In this document: positions 12,901-25,769 of the stretch, in pieces
Numbering within the stretch: position 1 is the first letter of the stretch
Layout of the letters: every line of letters starts with the position of its first letter
DNA from: Octopus sinensis
Taxonomy: Eukaryota
Length of the DNA stretch: 64,000 nt
NCBI RefSeq assembly: GCF_006345805.1
Contig: NC_043017.1
Location: forward strand, 2,480,001 to 2,544,000
Direction of reading: 5' to 3'
Program-made: the position numbers and the translations under genes
Notes under the pieces: generated by a model
Database searches by the model: none
Seen by the model: the letters and a program-made list of their open reading frames with translations, nothing else
What the model was told of the DNA's origin: nothing

Positions 12901-13120
12901 AGAGAGAGAGAGTAAAGTGTAATACAAGAAATCAATTATATAAAGATTTGAAAGAAAGGAAAAAGAGAGATGCAAAGAAAGCCTGAAATGCCAGAGATAG
13001 GACCAAAAAAAACATGATTTCAAAATTTAAGATTAGGAAACATTACCAAAAGAAAGAAATACTCGTAACCGAGCTAAGACTTGGTAACCAAACATGCGAA
13101 TTGGAATTTCAAGAATTTAC

Positions 13121-13392
13121 CTGATATAGTCGTTTCTGCAAAGAATCATTCCAGCTTTGGTAAAACAGGAGGAACCGATTTCGCCAAGAGGAGCCTGACA
13201 GCACGCACATTTCAAACAGCCGGTGTGCCAGTAGCGGTCCATAGCATAAAGGAGGAATTTATCGACAATTTTAGCTCCGCACCCCGCGCAAGATTTTGCT
13301 CTGGGTAACTGATTGTTCATTACGTTTGATGGACTATTGGTATTTTCTACTTCGGACAAGCCAGCCACTGATCCGCCTGTTTTAGGGGTCAT
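13121..13392 (-). CDS. LMO4: LIM domain only protein 4 orthologue, coding exon for the N-terminus and LIM1 (exon 13121-13412; gene incomplete in this window)
   Basis: Translation contains CAGCGAKIVDKFLLYAMDRYWHTGCLKCACCQAPLGEIGSSCFTKAGMILCRNDYIR, a complete LIM motif. It matches recalled human LMO4 LIM1 at about 45/57 residues and carries LMO4-type FLLYAMD and GMILCRNDYIR rather than LMO1/3-type YLLKALD. Acceptor ttttttttcttcgtttaattctag| lies before 13412 and phase-2 donor ATCAG|gtaaat after 13121. Confidence 0.95.
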
Positions 13393-13728
13393 ATTTAATT
13401 GATCGTCTGTACCTAGAATTAAACGAAGAAAAAAAATATAATTAGATTATTGCAAAGTCGATTCGATTGAATTAATGTAAATTTTTACATGCAGATGCAT
13501 TTAGATTAGTAATGCTTTAAGTTACACAAGTTTCTGGCGAGTGAATTCAGTTGTACAAGAGGCATTGTGTTGAATAGTGTTGAGCGAAAAATAACCAAGT
13601 TATAACAATTTATGGCAAAGAAAGAAGGAGCGAGAGAGACAGACAGGAAGAAAGACGGACATAAAATGGAGGGCAAGAGAAAAGCAGAAATAATTATGTC
13701 TTGACATTTTCTTTTTCGTGAGAAATTA

Positions 13729-13966
13729 CGCAGGCGGGGCTGTGTGGTAAGAAGCTTGCTTCTCAACCACATGGTCACGGGTTCAGTCCCACTGTATGCT
13801 TCTTTGGGAAAATGTCTACTATCATCGTCTTGGCTCGATTAAAACCTTGTGAGTAGATTTGGTAAACGGAAGTATGAAGCCCGTCGCATATATATGTATA
13901 TATATCTATGTATGTGTGTCTGTATCTACGAGTATTCCCCACCAAATGACTGAAACCAGTAAAAGA
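13729..13966 (+). mobile_element. SINE family A, internally deleted
   Basis: Head, body and terminal stem-loop present; about 320 bp from the LMO4 acceptor. Confidence 0.75.
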
Positions 13967-14039
13967 TAAATTAGCCAACAACTTCTTAAGGCCGTATGGT
14001 GTCTTATAAACTGAGCTAACGATAAACCTTCAATATTAC

Positions 14040-14210
14040 TAACAATGCTCGTCCGTCTTTACATTCAAGTTCAAATTAGGCCGAGGTCGACTTTGCCATC
14101 CATCCCTTTCAGGGTCGATGAAATACGTACGACCTGAGCACCTGGGTCGATGTAAACGACTTATCTCTCCCCGAAATTGCTGGCCAAGCGCAAATATATG
14201 AAATCAATAT
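14040..14210 (+). mobile_element. SINE family B, partial
   Basis: Family-B body. Confidence 0.7.
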
Positions 14211-14479
14211 TACTGGTATCCGCAGTCACCTGCGTAAATGACATATAGCTCATTAAAACAAATTAAGAACACGGGATTAAGAAGTAAATATGGAAACCGT
14301 TTAACTTCGTTTGAGGCCTAATATAAAGGGTACAGACTCGCCTTCGACCATGAATAACGATGAGGTTGCACCTAGAAAGTTCTCCTCCGAGACCCAAGTC
14401 CTGGCAAGGTTGTTTATAGAAGACCAGCAGTCGCCCATGCATACCACTGATGTTATCCAAAGGAAAGACAAAGGGGTCG

Positions 14480-14657
14480 ATACAGCTTGGCACCTGGCAC
14501 CAGTGACGTCGCAACTCATTTCTACAGCTGAGTGGACTGGAGCAACATGAAATAAAGTGCCTTGCTCAAGAACACCACACACAACCCGATCAGAGAATCG
14601 AACTCATTACCTCATGATTGTGAACCCCACGCTCTAACCACTGAGCCATGCGCCTCG
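14480..14657 (-). mobile_element. tRNA-derived SINE family D
   Basis: tRNA head plus central cttgagcaaggcactttatttcatgttgctccagtccactcagctg domain; a degenerate copy lies at 39080-39275 (+). Confidence 0.6.
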
Positions 14658-16488
14658 GAGGCCTAATATAATATTACTAATGATATACTGTCTTTTTTTT
14701 AATTCTCAAAAGAATCTTTAAAACGATTTGAAACCGAAGTGGTGAAGAGTAAATCACACATTGAGATGAAATGGTGGTGGCGATGATGATAGTGGTGGAG
14801 GTTGTGATGATGATGATGATGGTCGTCGTCGTCGTCGTCGTCGTCAACCTCATCGTCGACATTTTGATGTTGATAATTAAGGTAAAAAACATTAAGAAAA
14901 CATTGTAGGTGATGACGACGATGGCGATAACCACAACGATTAGGATGAAATAATAATAATGGTGATAATGAGGATGATAGTTATTGTGATGATGATGATG
15001 GCACTGATGATGATAATGGTCTGGATGATAATGTTGATGAACTCTCGTTTGTTGATATCAAGACTTGAGAAAAACAAAATGGATTACACAGCTGGTTCTG
15101 TAAAACCTCTGAACAGATTTGTTGCGTGTGTGAGTGTATATACATTCTTGTACATATACGCACGTATAAATGAGAGAGAAAGAAAGTACGCACGTTTCTG
15201 AGATCATATATATATATATATATACGCATACACACACCTACACGTGTGTGTGTGTGTAAATGTTTGCATATTTGTTTATATAAGTAGGCGCGTGTGCCTA
15301 TGTAATAACATATGTAATATTTGTATTCGTGTAATATATATATATACACACACACACACATATATATATACACACATATATATATACACACATATATACA
15401 CATATATATATATATACACACATATATACACATATATATACACACACACATATATACACATATATATACAAACACATACATATGCATACACACATATATA
15501 TACACATATATACACACACACACATATATATATATATAGTAGTATGTATGAATGTTTGGTGAAGAGTTTAACACATAAAAGAAAGCAAGAACCCCCTTCC
15601 CCTCCTTTCCTCGCCCCCACCCCACCCACCTCCTTCCTACAAACACAGACACTAAAGCGATTTAACAATGTTCGCTTCTAAGACATATTTCTTCTTCAAA
15701 ACATACTTACAACAGAAATAATTACGATTATAATACTACAACAACAACTAATACCAACACTAAAGAATAACAGCAATAATTATTGATAATAAAGATTACT
15801 GTTATTGCAAGAGTAGTGGCAGATGTGGCGGAGTTGGTAGAGGTGGCGGCAGCAGCCGCGAAGTAACAGACAACAGTTGCGAAGTAGTTATTAAATTGAA
15901 GTTAACTCAATAGACACACACACTCACACACACAAAGTGAAAGAAAGCAAGTGTGAGAGAAAGGGGGGGAAGGGGTTAAATCTCGCTGTATGTGTGTGTG
16001 TGTGTGTGTGTGCAAGCGCACGCGTTTTTGCGTCTGCGTTTGCACTCCTCAACCGCTCGGCAACCGGTGATGGTTTGTTTACATCCCCGTAAATTAGCGG
16101 TCCGGTCAAAAGGGACTGACAGAACAAGCACTAGATTTCGAAATATGCAACTGGGGTCAATTCGTTCGATAAAAAAAAAATTCTTGAGGGTGGTGCCCCA
16201 GCATGGCCGCCGTCTAATGACTGAAACAGGAGCTTGAGGTGTTTTCGCTCAATAAACTCTCACAACGCACGGTCTGAGAATTGAAACCGCGATCCCATGA
16301 CCGCGTGTCCGCTACCCTAGCCATTGGACCATTGCACCTCCACACACAAACATTTATATATGTATATATATATAATACTAAGCAATAAAGGGTTTAGCAA
16401 CGAATTGCCTTACCACATACCGAATTTAGAAATAGCAGTCAAAGAGTTATAGCTATTTCTTCTACTAAAAAGGGAGATCTCAGTAATG

Positions 16489-16489
<1 letters not shown>

Positions 16490-16562
<73 letters not shown>

Positions 16563-16599
16563 GTTTATATATATATAATATATATATATACGCACACGT

Positions 16600-16632
<33 letters not shown>

Positions 16633-16830
16633 TTTATATATATATATATATATATACACACACGTTTATATATATATATATATATATACACACACGTTTA
16701 TATATATATATATATATACACACACGTTTATATATATATATATAATATATATATATATATATACACACGTTTATATACGTTTATATATATATATATATAC
16801 ACGTTTATATACGTTTATATATATATATAT
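16490..16830. repeat. Minisatellite (acacacgttt(ta)n)
   Basis: About 10 tandem units. Confidence 0.9.
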
Positions 16831-17084
16831 ATACGTTTATTTATATATATATATATATGTTTACATCTATATAATTCATATATAATTATATATATATATA
16901 TATATACATACATATACACACACACACACAGACGCACATACACACACAATTGCAAACGTATATATTGATATATGTATGTACGTGCACACATAATTATATA
17001 TATACGTATAACCATGGAAACGGATATATATTTACAAGTTCACGTACATTCACACACTTTCACTTTCATTTTATTATATACACA

Positions 17085-17265
17085 CGGTAATCCATCGCCA
17101 AATCGTGCTTTATTATTTACGCTTACATCGATTCCACCCTGGTGTCATTTTGCATTCATAATAAAATAAATATATACAAATTATAGAAAATAATAATTCG
17201 CGAATTTTCCCCTACTGCGGAGTGGGGCTAGAAGGTAACACCCGCGGATATTCGAGGGGTCACTG
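17085..17265. mobile_element. Tigger/pogo-like MITE
   Basis: Degenerate TIRs cggtaatccatcgccaaatcg / cgcggatattcgaggggtcactg followed by TA; another Tigger-like end cagtagaacctcggttttcgaacg at about 18120. Confidence 0.45.
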
Positions 17266-17336
17266 TATATCCATATAGAGAACTTACAAACATAAACATA
17301 TATGTATAGGTTTATGCGTGTATATACATGTACATA

Positions 17337-17717
17337 CTCTTTTACTTGTTTCAGTCATTTGACTGCGGCCATGCAGGAGCACCGCCTTTTAGTCGAGCAA
17401 ATCGACCCCGGGACTTATTCTTTGTAAGCCCAGTACTTGTTCTATCGGTCTCTTTTGCCGAACCGCTAGGTGACGGCGACGTAAACACACCAGCATCGGT
17501 TGTCAAGCAATGCTAAGGGGACAAACACAGACACACAAACATACACACACACATGTATATATATATACATATATACGACGGGCTTCTTTCAGTTTCCGTC
17601 TACCAAATCCACTCACAAGGCTTTGGTCGGCCCGGGGCTATAGCAGAAGACACTTGCCCATGGTGCCACGCATGTGGTTGGTTAGCAAGCTACTTACCAC
17701 ACAGCCACTCCTACGCC
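17337..17717 (-). mobile_element. SINE family A
   Basis: Full-length match. Confidence 0.85.
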
Positions 17718-17966
17718 TATATATATATGATTGTATTTTTATGTATATATTTATATTTGTGTATGTATGTATGTATGTATACGGAGATTATTCAAGAATA
17801 ATGAACCGATTTTGTTACGCAATATTTTAATAAGGAGAAAGCAAAAGAAAAATCCAGCTGAGTCACGCTGAAGCAATGAGAAAGAGACGGAGAATATACG
17901 AACATTAGGTTACCTCAAACATGTCGGGGGCCTACTTTCACATCTAAAGTCGAAGTGTGCGTGTGC

Positions 17967-18005
<39 letters not shown>

Positions 18006-18067
18006 CATATATACATACACATGTATATATATGCACATGTACATCTATGTATACACACACGTGTGTA

Positions 18068-18110
<43 letters not shown>

Positions 18111-18334
18111 TATATATACACAGTAGAACCTCGGTTTTCGAACGCCTCTGATCAAGAATAAATCGTGCGTTATATATATATACATATATTAGTCAGCGGA
18201 GTGGCGTCATTTGAAGGCTAAAACAATGCGAAGATAATTGTGACCAGCGATGTGTAGCAACATCTGAAACTGATAGTCTGGTCGGTCACGGTGATATATA
18301 TATATATATACACACATGTACTTACATGCGACGA

Positions 18335-18644
18335 CGTGGGTTCTAGTTGATCTGATCAACGGAACAGCTTGCTTATGAAATTAACGTGCAAGTGGCTGAG
18401 CACCCCACAGACACGTGAACCCTTAACGTAGTTCTCGGGGAGATTCAGCGTGTCACTTCGAAATACAGGTGAAGAAAGAGTGAGAGAAAGGTGTTGGTGA
18501 AAGAGTAGAGCAGGATTCGCTACCCATCCTCTGCCTGAGCTTCATTTTCGTTCAATAAACACTCACAAAACCCGGTGTGTGTATCGAAACCGCGATCCTA
18601 CGACCGCGAGTCCGCTGCCCTAAACACTGGGCCATTGCGCCTCC
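18335..18644 (-). mobile_element. SINE family C, tail type 2
   Basis: Family-C head plus type-2 tail with deletion; a head-only copy lies at 16235-16343 (-) and a tail-only copy at 43140-43262 (-). Confidence 0.75.
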
Positions 18645-19237
18645 ATTTACATATACATGCACATATATATATAATTATAGATATATATATATGTCTGTGT
18701 GTGTGTGTGTGTGTATACATATATTTATATAGACGTATTTCTATATATTACACATTTTTATACATAGATATTTATGCTCATGTATATGCATATATCCATA
18801 CATCTGTACACACAGATGTGTACATTTGTCTAACACGCAAATATATTCATGCGTTCACTCACAGAAACTTCCCACACCATCGCATCCACCCGACAGGGTA
18901 AGAATAACAACAGTGATCAAGAACCAGCGAAATTCGAGCAAGACTATTAACATTTATGTTGTCGTTCTGCCTATTAAAAATAACAGATTTTCTCAAATTC
19001 CACCTTTTGTAACGTCACTCTAAAATTACAGAAGTACGGAACAGTCGTGGGCGAAACCGTTTCGCTCATTTTGTCTAAACCAATACCTGCATGTCGTTAA
19101 CGAAACAACTGTAGGGATTTAATTACGATCACAGCTAAGTTGGAAAATTAAATTACAACTACAGTTGTAAACACTGGAACAACAACACTTGCAAGTTCTT
19201 TGTTACAATAACGACTGCAATGTAATAGCCAATTGTA

Positions 19238-19535
19238 GGGGCAAAAATGGCCCAGTAGTTAGGGCAGAGGACCCACGGTCGTGGGACCGCGGTTTCGATT
19301 CCCAGACTGGGCGTTGTGAGTGTTTATTGAGTGAAAACATCTAAAACTCCACGAGGCTCCGACAGAGGGTGGTGGTGGCGAACCCTGCTGTACCCTTTCA
19401 CCACACTTTCTCACAGTTTCTTCCTGTTTCTGCTTTACCTGCATTTGAAAGGGGCCAGCCTTGTCACACTGTGTCACGCTGAATCTCCCCGACAAATACG
19501 TTGAGGGTTCACGTGTCTGGTGAGTGCTGTAAACA
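19238..19535 (+). mobile_element. SINE family C, tail type 2
   Basis: Family-C head plus part of type-2 tail. Confidence 0.75.
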
Positions 19536-19697
19536 CTAAGATATAACGTTCAAGCGCAAGTGTTATCTTTGGATTATAAGCGGAACCGTCTCAAGTTATG
19601 GGAGTATTGTGCAGTCGCACGGGCCTCACAGATTTAGGGACCTCACGGGTGTAGGAGCCTCACAGCTCTAAGGGCACATACTTTGTAACCTATCAAC

Positions 19698-20067
19698 AGG
19701 GTGGCTGTGTAGTAAGAAGCTTGCTTCCCAGCAAAATGGTCCCGGGTTCAATCCCACAGCATGGCGCCTTGGGCAAGTTTATTCCACTATAGCCTCGAGC
19801 TGACCAAAGCTTTGTGAGTAGATTTGGTAGACGAAAACTGAAAGAAGCCCGTTTTGTGTGTGTGTGAAAGTGCGTGTGAGTGTCCCCTAATCATCGCTTG
19901 ACAACCGCTGTTTGTGTGTTTACGTCCCCGTAACTTAGCGGTTCGGTGAAAGGGGCCGATAAGTACTAGACTTAAAAGGTTAGTCTTGGGGTCGAGTTGT
20001 TCGACTAAAACACTTCAATGTGGTGCTCCAGCATGGCTGCAGTCAAATGACTAAAACAAGTAAAAGA
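19698..20067 (+). mobile_element. SINE family A
   Basis: Diverged full-length match. Confidence 0.8.
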
Positions 20068-20559
20068 ATAAGTAGTTACTAGAGGGCCCTGCATATTGAG
20101 CTGTCCTGGAGGGTGGGCCATAATGCTACTAAAACTGCCCTGATTACAACTGAGAATGCTACTCTAAGAATTAGGGGAACGTGCCATCGCAATAACGGTT
20201 GTAACTGAAAAAATTAAGAAGCAACAAGAACTTCAAGATGTGTGAAGTCTCAGAAGAAGCAGCAACTACAACCGCAACATCATGAAGAACAATATCAGCG
20301 GTAACAGTAGTAGCAACAACAACAACAGTGGTAGCAGCAGCAGCGAAAAACAACAATAACGACAACTGCAACAACAGCAACAACAACTAGAATAATTATA
20401 ACGGCGATGACTAAAGAGATAGAACGGTTAAGTTCTTCAGCACACATCAAGAAAAAACATCTGTTCTTATCATTTTTTGGTACATGACAGAAAGCTTAAA
20501 TTTAATTTGGTTTGTTTGTAGTCCCCGAGAAAGCTTTCACCAAGAATTTTCGGCTGCTA

Positions 20560-20830
20560 ACTAAGAAAACCGCCTCTACCTATTTCAATCAATGTGATAT
20601 TGTGCTTTAATTAGTCATGCCTTGCTAAGTTCCAAGCGAAGTGAGGGCTTCCTTCTGCGGGAGTAATCTTCAGGTTTCTGCTTTTAGACGTAATTATCGT
20701 ATATAAACAAACCACTCGAGTCGCAGCCCGAATCGCTGGCGCAAATTAGACACGCGCAAGTCTAATTCCAGCAGAAATCGGCAGCGGAAATAGCGATCGC
20801 GCCATTATAAAAATAAATATTACACAAATA
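20560..20830. promoter_or_regulatory. CpG-rich unique island with an inverted pair of CTAATT homeodomain sites
   Basis: Locally dense CpG in an AT-rich background; AATTAGAC-N8-GTCTAATT palindrome at 20744-20767. Confidence 0.35.
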
Positions 20831-21627
20831 AACAAAATACATTAATAAATAGATAGATAATAACAACAACAGCAGCAACAATAACAACGAATACACGAAG
20901 ACAAGATACAAAAAAGCAACAACTGTAGACTGTACATCAACAATATAAACATGAAGAATATGATGAGTAAATATATAGGATATAATGTTGATTAATATAT
21001 TTTACATGCGGAACATAAGTATACATCATAAGATGATCATCTGAGGAGTAAATATGGTGAAGAGTACTTGAAGTCCTGCTGTAATAATTTCACACTTAAT
21101 TCTTCTTCTTATTAGCTGTTGTTATTACATTCTACGAGATAAATATAAACAAATAAACGGAGACCTGATGGCTAAATCTAATTTGCTTTACTAAGAATTT
21201 TTGGCAAAATAATAATACGTAAACCAAATGTGTTTTCGTTCTACACAGGCCTTGTTATCTCGTTGTTTTCTTTTTTGTAAGGGTGCTTGTTTTTAATCTT
21301 TTCGTTAATTTATTTTTTAATTATTTCTTTATTTACTTCTCATTTCGTGTTGAGGATGAGGGGGAGGAGAAAAGAGAGGATGAGGATGAATAAACTTTAA
21401 TTAAGGTTTCGTATTTCAATTTATTCATTTATTTTATTTTTTCAAACCTCCTTCCTGTTACTCCCTTGTCTTGTCCATTATTGCTGATATTGTTGCTGTT
21501 GCCGTTGTTGGTGTTTAGCCCATGGCTTTCAGGTCAGCCCTGATTCAGCAAACCTCAACTAATTTCTAACACTCGGCTAGAAATTTAGGTGGTGTCAGTC
21601 GAGTAAAATGACACCAAAATTTGGCTG

Positions 21628-21835
21628 GAAGCTGGCAGACTCGTTAGCACACGGACCAAATGCTTAATTGCATTTCGACCGTCTTTACATTCTGAGTTCA
21701 AATTCCTGCGAGGTTGACTTTGCTTTTCATCCCTGTGGGGTCGATAAAATAAGTGTCAGTTGAACACTAGGGTTGATATAATCGACTAACCCTTCCTCCG
21801 AAGTTGCTGGCCTTGTGACAAAATTTGAAACCAAT
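21628..21835 (+). mobile_element. SINE family B
   Basis: Family-B head and body. Confidence 0.75.
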
Positions 21836-21984
21836 ATTTGGTCTGTGCTTTATTTCGAAGACCCCGGAGCAAGAGAAAGCATAGTTCTGCCAGGCGTAAT
21901 TTGAAAGCAGAAGGCATAGATCAGGGAAATATTCGGCAAAGCATTTTGCTGGACGCTCTAACGATTATACGAATCCCCAAACTT

Positions 21985-22300
21985 ACTCTATCATTCTCTT
22001 TTGCCGAACAGCTAGGTTATGTAACGTAAACAAACCAAAGGTTATCAAGCGTTGAGGGAGACAAATACACGCACACACACACGCACACACACACGCACAC
22101 ACACACATATATATATATATACATACATATATATGCACACGCACTTATGGACTTCTGCACAGTTTCCGTCTAGCAGATTCACTAACAAGTCATTGATCAA
22201 CTCGTCGCTATAGGAAAAGCTGCTCGACCAAGGTACCGCGTTGGGGGACTGAACCCGAAACCGCATGGTTGCAAACCGAGCTTCCCAGCCACACAGCCAT
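21985..22300 (-). mobile_element. SINE family A, old diverged copy
   Basis: Recognisable head and body with many substitutions; a further 3' half lies at 22830-23005 (+) and another at 16040-16235 (+). Confidence 0.6.
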
Positions 22301-23908
22301 GCCTCAACAATTTCTTCAATATGCAAATGACACCGGCACGGCGCTTTAATAACCTTGTGTGTGGCCCACTTTATGCGTCGTTGCTTTAAAACGCTTCTTT
22401 ATGGTTCGTGGAGCAGCGAATATTCGCTACACTGAAGTAGATTCTAGATTTCTGGTTCAAGCGTATTTCTCATAAATTTCTATACCATGAAAGCTATTCA
22501 ACCATGGGCCCAGGTACAGGGGGTGCAAGTGCACCCCTAGAACTTTTGTGGGGTGCCAAATCAATATTTGTCCCTCCCTACTTACTTTTCTCATGTTTAG
22601 AAAACTGAATAAAAAGTGATCATTAAAAAGTGATCATTAAAAAGTAGATCGAAGTTAATAATAATAATGATAATAATAATAACAACAACAAACCTCGACA
22701 CATACCCAAGGCACACAGAGGGAGGTGAAAGCTAGATATAAAAATAAAACTGAATAATAATAATAATATCTATATGAATATTCATTCGAATATTTACTCG
22801 TGTGTATGTGTTTTTGTCCACTACTACCATTTGACAACCGGTGTTGGTGAGTTTGCATCCCTATAAACTAGCAGTTCGGCAAAAGGGTCCTATAGAATAA
22901 GCAGCACGCTTTAAAAAAAACAAAAAGAACTGGGGTTCGATTTATTCGACTAAGAAATTCTAGGCAGTGCCCCAGCATGGTCGCAGACTGAATCAAGTAA
23001 AAGATAATAAGCAAAAAAATAAAGAATCCCTCATATGGACACACAGACACACACATATGCAGAACTAACTGACACACAGCTCTACACAATACTGTACTCG
23101 TACTGACTCAGTCACTATTTACTGACACAAACACACACACACAGACACACATGTATATATTCGTACACAACCTCCCAGTGCCATCACCGCCGCCGCCGCC
23201 GCCAAACTGACAACAACGCACCGACATCCAGCAGTCAAGATATTATACAAGAATACGCGAAGTTTAAACCGAAATAGTAAAGCAGATTCACTGAAATACA
23301 TCGCCGATATTCTTGTAACAAATGCTAGACAAGCTTTCATGAACTCTCGCGTCTGTCTGTGTTGTTAGCTTATAAGGTTTCTCATCTCCCCTGCGGTGGC
23401 GATTCACAGCCGGCTTTTATTGAGACCTCTGTTCTTCTGATCAACATATACACATACACACACACTCGCACGCAATTGTCTGCTTGGCCTGAGAGTATGT
23501 GTATGTATTTATATGTATACATATATATATATATATATATATGCACACGCATACAGATAGATGGAGCATATATAGATGACAGATAGAGAGATAGACAGAT
23601 AGACAAGGGTAAATAGAGAGACAGACAGACAGATAGTTAGATAGACAGAGATAGTTAGATAGAGAGAAAGTTAGGTAGAGAGAGAGAGAGAAAGATAGAT
23701 AGTTATATATATATAGAGAAACAGTTAGAGAGAGAGAGAGAGAAACAGTTAGGTAGATAGAAAGAGAAACAGTAAGATAGATAGATAGATAGAGAAAGAT
23801 AGACAGATAGATAGTTATATAGAGAGAGAGAAACAGTTAGGTAGATAGAAAGAGAAACAGTTAGATAGATAGATCGATAAAGAGAGAGAGATAGATAGAT
23901 AGATATAT

Positions 23909-23951
<43 letters not shown>

Positions 23952-24385
23952 CGAGTGCAAAATGTGCTTGTGTGTCTATGCGCACCTATGAAAACGTCTA
24001 ATGTGGAAACATTATTTTGATGTGCATAGGAACTGCATTACCTGCCCGGATGTGGCTATAAACCAATCATCTAAAAATCATGGGTCAGACATTACGTTTT
24101 GCTATTTTCATAGCAGCCTTACTCGAAGCTTCCAGATTTTCCTACAAATATATCCACCATTCGTTTATCTAATTATACAGTTTATTCACCCTGTGTGTCT
24201 GCTGCAGCATTTTGATATTTTGATCATAGATAACAGGCCGGCACCAAAACAATTTTAAATCATAAAGTAATTAGGGAAGCTAATTCGCTGGAGCGAATTC
24301 TAGTTTCTTTTAATGAACTCGAAGTAGGTGAGAAAAGTCTAGAGAATTCCATCTCTTTTTTTTTTTATCTTACTTCTTTAATCTT

Positions 24386-24576
24386 ATACTTATTTCAGTC
24401 ATTAGACTGCGGCCATGCTGAAGTATAGCCTTGAAGACTTTTTAGTCGTGCGAATCGACCCCCAGTAGTATTTCTTTTTTTTTTTTTTTTTTGCTTCAAG
24501 CCTGCTACTTACTTTATCAGTCTTTTTTGTCGAAATGTTAGGGAGCGGTTTTCAAGCGGTGGCGATGGGCAAAAGG

Positions 24577-24612
<36 letters not shown>

Positions 24613-24790
24613 TATTTAAAAGCAGCAGAAATATAACAAAAGCTGTTACTCAGAGTTTCACGTTCCCGTTCGTCGGACAGTTTTTTTTAACAAAACTGTC
24701 CGACAAACGGGAACGTGAAGCATATTACTCTACCTCTGGTATTTGAGTACTCTTTTTTCCACCTTATTTCACATTTATGTGCTTACTCCA

Positions 24791-24843
<53 letters not shown>

Positions 24844-25017
24844 ATAATATATATATATAACTGCCTTCTTTCAGTTTCCGTCTACCAAATCCATTCAAGT
24901 CTTTGGTCGACCCGAGGCTAAGCTATAGTAAAAGACACTTGCCCAAGGTGTCATGCAGCTGGATTGAACCCCGACCTATGTGATTGGGAAGGAAACTTCT
25001 TACCACACAGTCATGCC
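24386..25017 (-). mobile_element. SINE family A interrupted by the hammerhead/hairpin element
   Basis: 3' half at 24386-24570 and 5' half at 24860-25017, separated by (CA)n, an insert at about 24611-24790 and (TA)n. Confidence 0.7.
24635..24684 (-). ncRNA. Hammerhead-ribozyme-like motif (type I, CCGA core variant)
   Basis: Minus strand reads CTGT-CCGACGA-ACG[GGAA]CGT-GAA-ACTCTGAGT-A-ACAG: stem I, core, stem II with GNRA loop, GAAA, quasi-palindromic stem III and GUA cleavage triplet. Confidence 0.6.
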
Positions 25018-25365
25018 TATGGGTATAACCATGCCTGCTGAACTTGTGATTGTGTGTTTAAGAAATTTGAAACTACATAGTTTCGAGTTCAAATAACAGC
25101 GAGCGTCTCCACCCTAAATAACTTCGCAGCAGCAACATCGGAGGAAACGTTTATGGTTCAAATATCTGCTCTGTCGTTCAGGTAAACAACAGCACGTGAC
25201 CTAAGGCTACAGAAGTTGAGCGGAGATTACTGCAACCAGCTGAGTTTTGATTTCCAGTCTAGGAAAACCTTGCATCAACACCCGTCTCAGTGGCTCCAGA
25301 AAGGGTCATGGCTGCTTCCCGCGTTTTCTAATACATTAACAAATAAAATACAAGATAATATAAAA

Positions 25366-25630
25366 CAGAGGTTATCAACCAGGGCCCATATGAGCCTTAG
25401 GGGTTCATATGAGCATTAGGGGTTCATATCAGCTTTAGGAGTTCATATAAGATTTTGTTATTAAAATTTATGAGCAATAAAATCGGTTATACTCCTGCAA
25501 GCTACAAAATATTTCAGCAATTATTTTACACACTTCCTAAAAATATTCAGATAATAAAACGATAGGATTCTATTGAAGCATCGAATGGCTACGAGGGTCC
25601 TCCTGAGTAAAACAGCAACAATATGGAGTC
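25366..25630. mobile_element. Truncated copy of the hAT MITE family seen at 35797
   Basis: Shares the cagaggttatcaacc start, tataagatttt and catcgaatggctacg segments. Confidence 0.45.
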
Positions 25631-25769
25631 GAGCTGCTTGGCAAATATACTCTCTAGATTCAAACTTTGGCTTAATATTATCACATGGCGTACGTGAACG
25701 GTAGGTGCATCGAGTCTACAGGGGACAGAGCCGTGATTATTTTCATGATATTGCTAATATGCTAAATAT

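Noticed and set aside
16490-16830. Regularly spaced repeat resembling a CRISPR array
   Set aside because: The spacers are (TA)n rather than unique sequence; eukaryotic context with no cas genes.
24657-24719. 28-bp hairpin as a pre-miRNA
   Set aside because: Better explained as an inverted duplication of the hammerhead-bearing repeat; no expression evidence.
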